Origin: Camelus ferus
Lineage: Eukaryota
Assembly: GCF_009834535.1 (NCBI RefSeq)
Contig: NC_045696.1
Coordinates: forward strand, 27,530,001 to 27,594,000
DNA length: 64,000 bases
Reading direction: 5' to 3'
Both the position numbers and the translations under genes were made by a program. Positions 53,701 through 64,000 of the stretch are shown here, piece after piece (within the stretch, counting starts at the first letter, position 1; every line of letters starts with the position of its first letter). The notes below the pieces were generated by a model, which ran no database searches, was not told the origin of the DNA, and saw only the letters and a list, made by a program, of their open reading frames with translations.

Positions 53701-56700
53701 AGAGAACTGAATGTCTTGCCTGATGATCTAAAAATTTAACGACCATTTACTTAATCGCAGGATACAAATGCTTCCCTTCCAAATTCTCAAGTGTTAAAAA
53801 CCACAGTGTTTAGGGGGGATTTGGGGGACATGTTTTAAATAAAGAATGATTGAATCATAATCTTTCTTATTTTAATTCTTCATTTCTCTCTTTCAACTAG
53901 GAAAATGTATGATGGCTAAGGGTTTTGGAATCAGTTTATTTTAAATCCAAGCTCATTCACATCTTCTAACCTCTCCTGATGTAGTTTCCACAACCAAAAA
54001 CTATAAATATGTATATATTTATATAAATATATAAATACTAATATTAGCACCTATGTCACAGGCTTCTTAAAAGCATTAAATAAGATAATGGTGCATGTTC
54101 AATGAGTGAAAGCCATATCTTCATAGCAAGGGTTGTCGTCACAATCATGAAGTTTCTTAGGGTACACCAGAAGTTGAACTTGATCTCATTTTTTAAAATT
54201 ATTTCTTTCTTTCACTTTACTGGTCTCTTCTAAGCAAAAAAACATTGTAATATGGAAGGTAACTACTTAGCTTTTCACTCCTGTGTAAATTGAGGTAGTC
54301 AACATTCTAAACTCTATCAAATTTAGCTTCAAAAAAACCATTGTCTGAATTCATTAAAGATTTAAGCATGTCTCAAATCACTTCTTTGTTTTAAAAAATG
54401 TCTAGTTCTTTAAATAGTTGTTCAACATAGAGCACACACACTGATATCAATTTTTCAAGAACCCACTTTTCAGATTTGCTTTATGTCCTCTGTGTGCTCA
54501 GAGGGTGCACTGAGATTTGGCAGCTCTGTCTACTTCCATACCCACTCCTCCTATAGTTTAAAATGAGTTTAATTCTGGATCTGTTTCTACTATACCTCTC
54601 TGGACTTCTGCCTCTAATTTCACATTTTTTTTTCTTTTCTTATTACCAAATTTCTTAATTTATTCTACAGATTACCTTAGGCCTAGTTTTAAACTGAGTA
54701 ACAACTTTTGATTTCCTTATATTTTTCTATAAGAAATTGTGCATGGAAGGCAGTTACACTTTTGTTTTAAGAATCAAATTATTTTTAAAAGGGCCAGAAA
54801 TTAACATGAGCATTACTCTAGCATCTTTTATTAACACAGAAGATGACTATATATAGACTCAACTATTTATGATCTTCATTGGCAAGATATTATTCCAAGA
54901 TTTCCTCCCAGTCTTATTCTTGGTGTCTAGCATTTTAAACTATAGATACCTACTCCATGTACAATAAATGAAGAACCAAACAAACAAGTGTGATTATAGG
55001 TTTAAAATGTAGCATTTTGTACCACATTAACTCACACAAGAATATTTCATTTGTCATAGTGAAGACTAAGGGAAAATCTCACGTAAATTTACTGTTCTAA
55101 GACATTTTAGCCATAAATATCCTATGTATTAGAGGGCCCGTTATCAAGAAATGGGATGTTTTTAAAAGATGTCACAGTATTCAGATAACTATACTTGAAA
55201 GCTAAAAAGTTTATAAAGAAATTAGTAAGAAGTTATTGGAATTACCAAAGAATCTTGCCAGTTAAAGAGAAAGGCCACAGAGCCAGATAGGTGGCTCACA
55301 CAGTGAAACTTACTTTTAAAAACTTCCCTCTCCCCAAGAGAAAAAGACCTCCCCCTCCCCCCAAAAAAGGAGAAAAGAAAGATAGCACTAGTGATTCTCC
55401 ACTTCATTTGAAGTTCAGATCACATCCTAAGTTTGAACTAAAATTTAATCACATCTTCACTTAAAAGCAAGTTTTAGCAAATGGAGTTGAGGAAAGGAAG
55501 TCCATAAAGGAAGAATGTTTAAATCAGTTCCTGAGAGATCACACAGATTTTTTTTTTCCCAGTGCTATCCCATCTGCTCCCCTCACCAAAAGTCTAGCTC
55601 TCCGTAGAAAAGAACTCAAGTATACAAACAGTAAAGAAATGCACCGGGGGAAAAAATGAATTTCTAAAGAAATTGCCATGTTTTTCCAAAATCTTAGTTT
55701 CCTAGAATAAAGAGTTATGTATTGTAGCATTAGGTTAATAAATAAAAGTCTACAAAGGGCAAACATACAATATTTGATGTTATGTATGACATCAGCTCAT
55801 CAACGTGAAGTTTATAATCTGTTTGAAGAAAACTATAGGACTTTGTTAAGTTGGCAGCCAGGTTAAAAAGAAAAAGAAAAAAGACCTGACAACCAATAGA
55901 TGCTTTTACAGGTTAAATCTTGTTGAAGGTACCTTACCCCCTCAGTACACTTTGATTTATTTAAACTCACCACATTTCTCTTAAATACACTCCATTAACA
56001 AGTGATAGGCTGTGATCTTAGGCTTGAGGCGAGATATGAAACACAATCTTTCAAGAACTTCATTCATTCCCTGTCCAGGTGTTTTGAGCCCGCCCAACTC
56101 TACTTACTTATCTGAGTTCTGTGAAGTTTTATTCAAATCAATAGTGGGGCTTAAGAATAGCACACTGTCATGAAATCACCCCAGCAGCCCAATAATTCAG
56201 CCTCCCCAAGCAGGAGTGAAAGTCATCGGAAGACTGATAAACAGCTACAGGTTAAATATGAGACAGCATCTCACAAAGACACCTCTGACCTGCAACCTGG
56301 CCGACGAAGTAGATAACCACACCTACAGGAAAAACTTGGATTTAGTAAAATCATCCGTGGCTTAAATGGAAATCAAATTAGAAAAACAAAGCTAGATATC
56401 ATTTGAGCTTTAAGATTATAAATGCCTCACATCTATTTAAATTACGAACTTCAGGTACTAAGTACTAATCAAAGTTTTAAACCTGAAAGGACGGTACACA
56501 CACTCCAAGATACTGCTCTCAGTGAAGACAGAATTTGTACGCTGACACGACCAGCTTTCAGTGATACCCTATTAGTGTGACCCTATCTTTAATCTACAGC
56601 CACGATAAAAAGTCCCAACATATACAAACTCAGCTCAAACAGTGACTAATGACCATTAAGCCCCCTATCTTCAGTAATCTGCCCCTCCAGTCATTTATCA

Positions 56701-58277
56701 CACTGACACTTCACTTTACACACGTGAATAAACTTTAACTGAGAAGGTGAATCAACAAAAATCTCAAAGGTATCTGAAGCTGTAAATTAAACTAGGAGTA
56801 GACCTGGCAAAGAGAGACAAATAGAGAGATCAGAACTTAATGTTTTTGATTTGCATCCTTGGCTGGTCTTGGGGGTGGGGAACTATTCAGTCATTCAGAT
56901 CTGCAAATTAAGAAAAAAACCTATGTTACAGAGACCGGGAGCTGGAAGAAGAGGCAGCCCCAAAGAGTGTGGATCCTTTATACATCCTTCCACTGTGACA
57001 TAAAGGAAAACTTCTGTTTTCTCTTTTCTTCAAAGCACTAAGGAATTTCTTACTTAAGTTTTGTTGCAAATCTTTCTTTTAGTCAGAAAGCATATCTTGT
57101 GGGCTAAAATTATTTTAGAGGTTTATTTGCTATCATTCAGTTGACGTGCACTTTCCTTTTTCTTCTTCATACTTCATTAATTTAAGTAAAATCTCTGGTC
57201 AAAATATAAACCATAACCATGGACCACAAAAAACTCAAACCAACCTTCAAAGCTGTTTCATAATCATGCAAACTAAGTGACTCTAACCTATAGGCCCCGA
57301 TGCAATTTGAAGACCAGGACACGACTATAAAAAATTCCCTGAGGTACACCGTGCGTGTGCGTGCTTTAAGGCTTGAAATCGGATCCTTGATTGAAACCAG
57401 AATCTACTAAAAGGAAAGAAAGAAAGAAAAATTGAGTCGTGGCTCTACTGCCCCATAGTAAAAAAGTTTCTTAGGGAGTTTAAGAAAACTATTTGCAAGG
57501 AGATGCCGTGTTCGCCCTTGGGTCAAACGTATCCCACCGCAGCATCCTTCCAACACGTCACATGGAGAGTTTCGGTACTATTTAATGAATCCCCCGAATC
57601 CGAAATTCAGCCTTGTTTCAACCCTTACCAATGAAAATTCCCAGGCAACTAAGTGTTCCCTTTCAGATACTTGAAACTGCCTGTTTTCCTTCTAAACTCA
57701 GCCAGGCAGAGTGGCTAGTTTATATCCTACCGTAAGAAGGAGTTATTTCCTGAAGATTCTTCAGAATCGAATTTAATTACAGAGTTTGGTTACATAAAAC
57801 AACTACTAATAACCCCTTTGCTCGGAAGAGGAGGGGCGAATTGGCGGACCAGGTTCAGGAATCCTGGCGTGTTTCTGGGCCACAGCTCCCCGGGCGCACA
57901 TCTCCCTTCCCGAGGGAAGCAGCCGATGGATGAAACTCACTTTGGCTCATCCTGAGGGCCCAAGCTCATCGCCAACCGCTGCCTCTCCCACCCTTGCGCT
58001 CAGATGTGCGTTTGCCCAGAGAGAACTGGGCGTGCCTCGAACTTGGCAAAAGGCCTAGGTCAGCGAGGAGGCTTGGGGGGTCTTGGGGGATGGGGGGTAA
58101 AAGGGACAACCCAAAGTGCGAACTAAGAACCTTTTCGTCTAAAACTCCTGCCTGGGGTCGAGCCCCTCCAGTCTTAGAAGGGAGAGGTCGCCAAAACGCA
58201 GTTCGGGAGTTGATTTTGAAAAGTGAAAGAGGGGTCGTGCAGAGAGGAGTGAAGAGTGAAAAAAGACGCGGGGTTAC

Positions 58278-58332
58278 CTGAACAGAGACATATTAATCCA
58301 AAGAGGTAAAAGTGAGCAGGCTCCGCGATCAT
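58278..58332 (-). CDS. ROBO1: Coding part of first exon of ROBO1 isoform b (DUTT1): signal peptide MIAEPAHFYLFGLICLCS + first base of Gly
   Basis: ATG at 58332-58330. Translation matches the recalled N-terminus of mammalian ROBO1b (MIAEPAHFYLFGLICLCSGSRLRQ...). The match ends exactly at a CAG|GTAACC donor (GT 58277-58276, phase 1). It sits at the edge of a CpG island. Confidence 0.95.
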
Positions 58333-59350
58333 TGTCCTCGGGTAGATCCTGCATACAGTCTCATGCCAAGAGGAGGGAGTAGAAATGGGGTCCCCAAATT
58401 TATGAAGCCACACACCACACACTCTATACACAAAGGCTTAATATAAGCAACGTGGGTCAATCCGCCAGGAGTTTTCAGGGCAATTACTTGTCCACCTTTC
58501 CGGACGCTTGTCAGTATCTCAAAGCCCTTTGCAGACTAAGAATTCCAAGGTTTGCTTTCTCTGGCTCCAGGGTTTCCGAGGAGGCTCGGCCACTTCCCAA
58601 GGACCATCCAAAGCGAACAACAAAGAGCCGAAGCCGAAGAGCAGTTGTGCGGTTTCCTGCCTCCAAGGTCTTGCGGAGCCTCCCAGGGTGCGCCCCCACA
58701 CTGTGCGCCCGAGCGCCGCGGCAAGGGCCGGCGCGGCAGCGGCAAAGTTGGGGTGTGAGAACAGATCAGGAAGGGCCGGAAAGTGCTTCTCGGTCTATGG
58801 GCGAGCCCAGTCAACAGCTGGCCACGCGAGGCGGCGGCAAAGGCAGCCAAGGCAGCGGCAGCAGCTCGGGCGGACCGGCACAGGGTGCCGGGGGTGTGCC
58901 TGGGTGACTAGGGCGCTGGGGGAGAGCGAGTGGGCGGTGCAGCGACAGCGGTTGCCTGGGCGGGCTCCTGTTCCCATCACTTGGGGGATGCAGAGGGCAC
59001 TGAGAACAGCAGCAGGTCCGCGGACACGGTCACGCCTCCCCGGCGCCCCCAACCCGGCGCAGCGCTCACCATCGCCCCTGGCCCCTCGTCCGCAGGGGCG
59101 TGCGCGCAAGGCACCCCGAACTCTCCGCGGCTGGGAAGCTGGAGCCCAAACTTCCTGAGGGTGGCTGCCCGCAGCCCTGGCTCGCGGTAGCTGCAGAGAG
59201 GCAGCTCCCGGACCTCCCTGAGGCGGCGGAGAGGAGCGAGGAGGATGCTGCTGCGGGTGGGAGCGACGGCCGCCGCGGCTCACCCGAGCCTCGCCGGGAT
59301 CAGCAGCGTCTGAAGTTTCTGCTCTCACGCTGCCTCCTCTCTGGCTCGGT
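58333..59350 (-). other. ROBO1: 5'UTR part of ROBO1b exon 1 (TSS position approximate)
   Basis: GC-rich sequence directly upstream of the ROBO1b ATG within the CpG island. The upper boundary is an estimate and cannot be read from sequence. Confidence 0.6.
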
Positions 59351-60308
59351 CGCTTGTGGGTTTCCCCCACCGTCCCCGCGGCTCCCAGTTTCCTCCCTCT
59401 TTTTCCCGGCCCGAGAATACTTAAAGGGGACGCACGGTCCTTTCCATGCTTCACTCTACACTCTCCAGACGCTGGTCTGGCAAGTTCTGCTCGTTAATAC
59501 TTCCATCCACAAGCCAGGGTGCCCGACTGCGCCCTCAGGTGAGAAACTGCTCAGGATCAGAAATCCAAGCGAATGGGAACTTGTCTTGTTTCTCTCGCCA
59601 CCCCTAGCTCCCCTGCACCTTTCTCCAAATGGAACCTCCCAGCCAAAGACTTCAAAAATCCTCCTGGTCCAGCTTAACCTCTTCCCTACCGCTTCCAGGA
59701 GTTGGAATAAACTCTCAAATAACTCTACCTTCACCCTTCTCTATTCTCATTGTTTTTTTTAAATCAAATATGGACAAACAATCCTTTAGGACAAGAGGTA
59801 GAGAAATAACTATCTAGAATATATCAGTAGATGGGCACTTTGTTACAAAAATCATTTCATTTTAAATTGTAGTTGTTGAGGCGCCTGTAGAAAAGCAATC
59901 CAATTAGAAGGGTGCGGGGCTGGGGTGGGGGTGGGGGGGCGGCTGGGGACTTTTTTTTTTCTTTTTACTTTTTTTTCTTTTGGAACGAAGAACCGCTCCT
60001 TCAACTTCATTGACTCTTAAGTATCAGAATGTTAACAATGGGTAAGGAACTAAGGAAGAGGGACAAATCCAAGAAACAGCCTTGACTACCTGGGAGTTTG
60101 CGGTTATAGAAGTAATTAAGCATTTCAAAACCAAAAGGCGTGGGCTTTGACACCCTGTACACCTCGCCCTGAAATCCCAACCTACCAGTTACTAACTCTG
60201 AAACCAGGCCAAATCTCAGTTTTGTTTTCTGAAAAATAGGGACTCTTGAGATATTCACACATTATACCCACAGCAAAACAAATCTGGCACATCTGACCTG
60301 CATTCTTG

Positions 60309-60344
60309 CATTCATTCATTCATTCATTCATTCATTCATTCATT
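60309..60344. repeat. (CATT)n tetranucleotide repeat
   Basis: Directly visible; may be an expanded L2 tail. Confidence 0.9.
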
Positions 60345-62941
60345 TTTCTTTCTACTAAAAAGACACTGTTTGTAAACCACCTGAGATATGGTGTGTGGCC
60401 AATAAATGGTTGATACTGGTATTTAGGGTTATTATACTTTTTAATAAATAATCTACCAAGGTGTGTCCAATAACTTCAACATGCTTCTTTGTTCTCTATC
60501 AGGATATACCAGAACCTGTGTTCAGTGTTGTCTCTGCAGAGGAGGATGTCTGACAGAGGGAGGGGTGGGGAAGGATTTACTGTCTTCTAAATACTGCTGT
60601 ACATTTTTTTTAAAGTTAGCTCCTGCATTACCTAACAAAAGATACAGTTTTAAAAGCAAATCATACATTTATTTTGGTTGCTGCTGTTAACAACCAATGA
60701 CCTTGGAGCAGCATTTTGCAGAAAGAAATCCTGGTTAACAGCACCTATCTCTGAAAGCGAAAGATAGTTTAATCCCGAGAAAGCTGACTGAAAATTCAGT
60801 AAACAGGCTGGAGATAAGAATTCAAAGACTCCAACCAAAATCATTCCAGCAATAAAAAACCAGGAAAGTGCAGTAAATGCTGAAAAACATACATTGATTT
60901 GTTCTTTGTGAAAGGATATTTAGTGAGAAACACAAAATGTGTTTTTCCCTCCTTGGGATAAAATGTGCTTTTAAGAAAAGCTTATCTAGTAACAGAAAGT
61001 AAATAACCTAAAGCGTAGTACGAAGAGAAAGAGAGAGAAAATCCTTCAAATCCTCATATCATCCGAGAGCATTTGAAACAAAGATTCTGAACTTCCACTT
61101 AACAAAGGATGTATATTTTTAAATATAAAATAGAATATGTGTAAGAATCCCTGTTGCATTGTTTCTCCAAAGCAAGTCTCCTGGTCTTCGGAAGTTTCCC
61201 AAGATTTCTCAAAACCTTTATCATGTATCTCATTGTCATTGAATGGGCCATATTAATACTCTCTTTTATCCTTTTATTTCTCAGCTTCTATTAACAACAC
61301 CACCCTCTCCCACCCCACCCCCAAGTCCTCTCTCCTACTCCTAGAGGTTATATTACAGAAAAAAGTCAGCAGTAAGTTCCCTCAAGGAACTACCTTTTGG
61401 TCATCGCCAGCTCATACATGTTAATCCTTTCTTCTTCCCCTGCCTCATCTAAAGGGTGCTTTTCTGTCAATTCCATAAAGGTGGTACCTGAAGACAAGAC
61501 TTTGTTCTCAGAAGGTATTAGGAATGCGTACCTGAGAGCTTTCCTAACTTCTTCCTTTCACTCGCTCACTCTTACTCACGCAAACAAACAGTAAAGGGCT
61601 CTGTCGGGGCAGGATGCAAATAGAAACCGATCCCACAGGCCCCCCCAAGCTCTTATACAGAGAGCTACACAGGCCCCAGAGTGGAACGCATCTGAAGAAT
61701 TAAAAACAGTGTGGTTGGGGTTAAATGACAGGTCAGTAGCTGGAGATGGATGAATCACAGCAACTTGCCACCTTTCCATTTTAACTCCTGAACATTAAAT
61801 TACTAGGAGAATGCATGACATAATAAACATGTCGGTGTGAGTACGTGTGCAAGTGTGCGTGTGTACACATGGATACGGTGCCTCCAAATGCCAGGTCTTC
61901 AGGCAGCTCTGACTTGTACGATTGAATTCCAACTCATTTCAGACTGATTGGTTGGGAGACAAAGATCAAGGTAAGGAGAAGGTGTCGTAATTTGTTCTCA
62001 GAAACTCTATTCTGATCACTGTGATCTGATCGAGCGGTGTATTCTCGAGTTTAGAGAATTCTGATCATTTGACGCTTATGAAATTTAGCCTCCCTAAAAT
62101 GTCTCCTTGAGAATTTTGAGGGAACCTGAAAGTTATGCATTCTAGTAGTCCTGTGAATTGGGGCTTCTTTGACATTCAGAATTCTAGAGCAGTAATAATC
62201 TCTTGAGTTGGTCTGATCCGATTTTTATCTTTCATAGGGCTAGTTATACGGACTCAGGAAATAATGAAATGCCCAGGGTCGCTGTAGGAATTCCATATAC
62301 CACTTACCCAGATTAGGAGGAACAGTCAAGTTCTTAAAGAAACTACAAACCAGAACATTTCTTTCTCTTCCCCCTTACCAAGAAGCCTCCACTCAGACCA
62401 AGCCTGAGATGCAAGCTGAAATTCCAGGTCGTCTGGTGAGAAGCGCCATCGTTACCATCACGTGTACAGTACACGCCCAGGCTGTGCTGCTTTATCCAAG
62501 ATACTACCTGTCTGAGCGCAACAGCTAGTTTAGCCATTTTTATACAGAGTTACCAAATAATCTGTGCAATCTTTGATATCTAAATTGATGAACTGGTTGA
62601 ATATTTCAATAATCTAATATTTGAATATTTTTCTAAGTTTGGATACATGAGAGAAATCCCATTTAGGAAGGTAACCTAAAGTAACTAATAAAGGGAGAAT
62701 AAACTCACATCTGTTGGAACATCTACTGTGTTTTGAGAAGCCCTGTCTCTGTAGTGAACTTCGTTCAGTACCTACAGGAAAGTTTACTTTTTAAAAATGA
62801 GCAACACAGTAGTACTTACTGATTCTAAGTGCCATATGTGACATCAACAAGTCACATGTAATCAGTCACATGTGGTGGGGTATAGATTTTTACATGCAAT
62901 GGGAGCTCAAGGAAAAAGAGCTAATTTAAGTTTAAAGTAGT

Positions 62942-63046
62942 AAAGGAAGAAGGGAAGATAGGAGAAAGAAAGAAAAGAAAGAAAGAAAGAGAAAGGAAGA
63001 AAGGGAGAGAGAGAAAGAGCAAAGGAAGGGAAGAAAAGAAAAAAAA
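62942..63046. repeat. ~100-bp near-pure polypurine (GA-rich) tract
   Basis: Directly visible; only isolated pyrimidines. Confidence 0.9.
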
Positions 63047-63854
63047 TGCTAGGTGGAATTTTAAAATATGTGTAACTTAATTCTTGTTCATGAAAGTTTA
63101 TCAGGATGCTTTCTTTCGAATGTACATAGGACACATTTTAACAGTATTATTTTTGTTTGTTTGCTTCTCTGCCTTTTAGAATGAGTAATTATGGGCCCCA
63201 AACCAGGAACCACAGGGATAAGAGATTTCCTGGGTTATCTGTCTTTAGTTACTTAAAGACTTAAGGCACTGTCAAAGATTTCAGTATAGGAAAACGTGGG
63301 ATAGAACTCCACTGGCTTCACCTAATCGTGTGTGCCAGTCTCACAGAATAAGGCTCATTAAAAAATAAAAACATGATACACTGGAGTTTGCTGTTGAATT
63401 ACTGGGGCTGTGCCAGGCTTTTAGCATCTCAGCGTCTTGGGGACACTGTAGATACTCAAGAGATTATATTGCTAAGTCCTTCTGGTAGAGCCTGGGACCT
63501 TGACTATTAACAACATGAGTCTCCTTAAGATTTAATCCTTCAATGTTAACAGACAAGTGATTTTTGAAGATGAAGGAAAGGATACTGGGAAGTAGCATCG
63601 ATTGAGGGCAATGTTTGGGGTCCTTCACAGATGTTATCTGATCTAATTCTCACCATGATCACGTGAGGTGGTATTATCATCCTAATTTAGAGAGAGGTTG
63701 AGAGAATAAATCATTAACTCAAAGTTGGGAGGTCTGGAAGCAATGAATCTTATATTTGAACCCAGCTTGTTTTGAATCAAAGTGTGTGGCGGGGCGGTGG
63801 GGAGAGTTCCATGGTAGGACAGGCACTTTGGTTCAGAACAAGCTGGGTTCAAAC

Positions 63855-64000
63855 ATAAGCCTCTGCTCAAAACCCTCCAGTGGTTTCCCATCTTCCCTAA
63901 AGTGACAGCACACTCTTTCCAGATGTCTACAATGCCTCACATGAGCTTCCCTGACAGCATCTACCCCAGCCTCTTACACGCCCTTGCTCACGTCACTTCA
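63855..64000 (+). mobile_element. L2 fragment (runs off window)
   Basis: ctctgctcaaaaccctccagtggtttcccatc is a hallmark L2 motif. Confidence 0.7.

Larger units (their letters stand above)
1..58277 (-). other. ROBO1: ROBO1b intron 1 (also intronic to the longer ROBO1a isoform); continues beyond window start
   Basis: Starts at the GT donor at 58277. No Ig1-coding sequence was recognised in the ORF track. AT-rich and repeat-containing. Confidence 0.85.
57830..59560. promoter_or_regulatory. CpG island / ROBO1b promoter
   Basis: Very high GC and CpG density (core ~58640-59450) against an AT-rich, CpG-poor background; overlaps exon 1b. Confidence 0.9.

Noticed and set aside
58452..59762. Overlapping 150-220 aa ORFs on both strands
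   Set aside because: Expected from stop-codon scarcity in a CpG island; Arg/Gly/Pro/Ala-rich with no recognisable domain.
1..64000. Novel multi-gene system, operon or microbial/viral insert
   Set aside because: Composition and repeats are those of an ordinary mammalian intron. The only recognisable coding sequences are ROBO1 exon 1b and L1 remnants.

Overview
Mammalian genomic DNA, probably camelid (two tRNA-Ala-derived SINEs resembling the Vic-1 family). The window lies inside the ROBO1 locus on the minus strand. It contains the CpG-island promoter and first exon of the ROBO1b/DUTT1 isoform, whose coding part is only 55 nt (58332-58278, MIAEPAHFYLFGLICLCS+G, phase-1 donor), followed by ~58 kb of intron. 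The shared Ig1 exon (GSRLRQEDFPP...) was not seen and should lie beyond position 1. The intron carries a full-length but inactivated ~7.15 kb LINE-1 (9309-16465, antisense to ROBO1, 15-bp TSD, CpG-rich 5'UTR) and ordinary old repeats (MIR, L2, MaLR/ERVL LTRs, hAT MERs, L1 3' fragments, microsatellites). I found no prokaryote-type system, CRISPR array or true RNA gene. The best leads are regulatory and all speculative: an ORF0-like antisense ORF and splice donors in the L1 5'UTR pointing in the ROBO1 direction; two phase-compatible cryptic exons downstream; a uORF-dense ROBO1b leader; alternative donors near exon 1b; a direct-repeat-flanked insert in the L1 5'UTR; and candidate CTCF, POU and homeodomain sites. 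Gene and repeat names come from recalled sequences, not a database search, and old-repeat boundaries are approximate.
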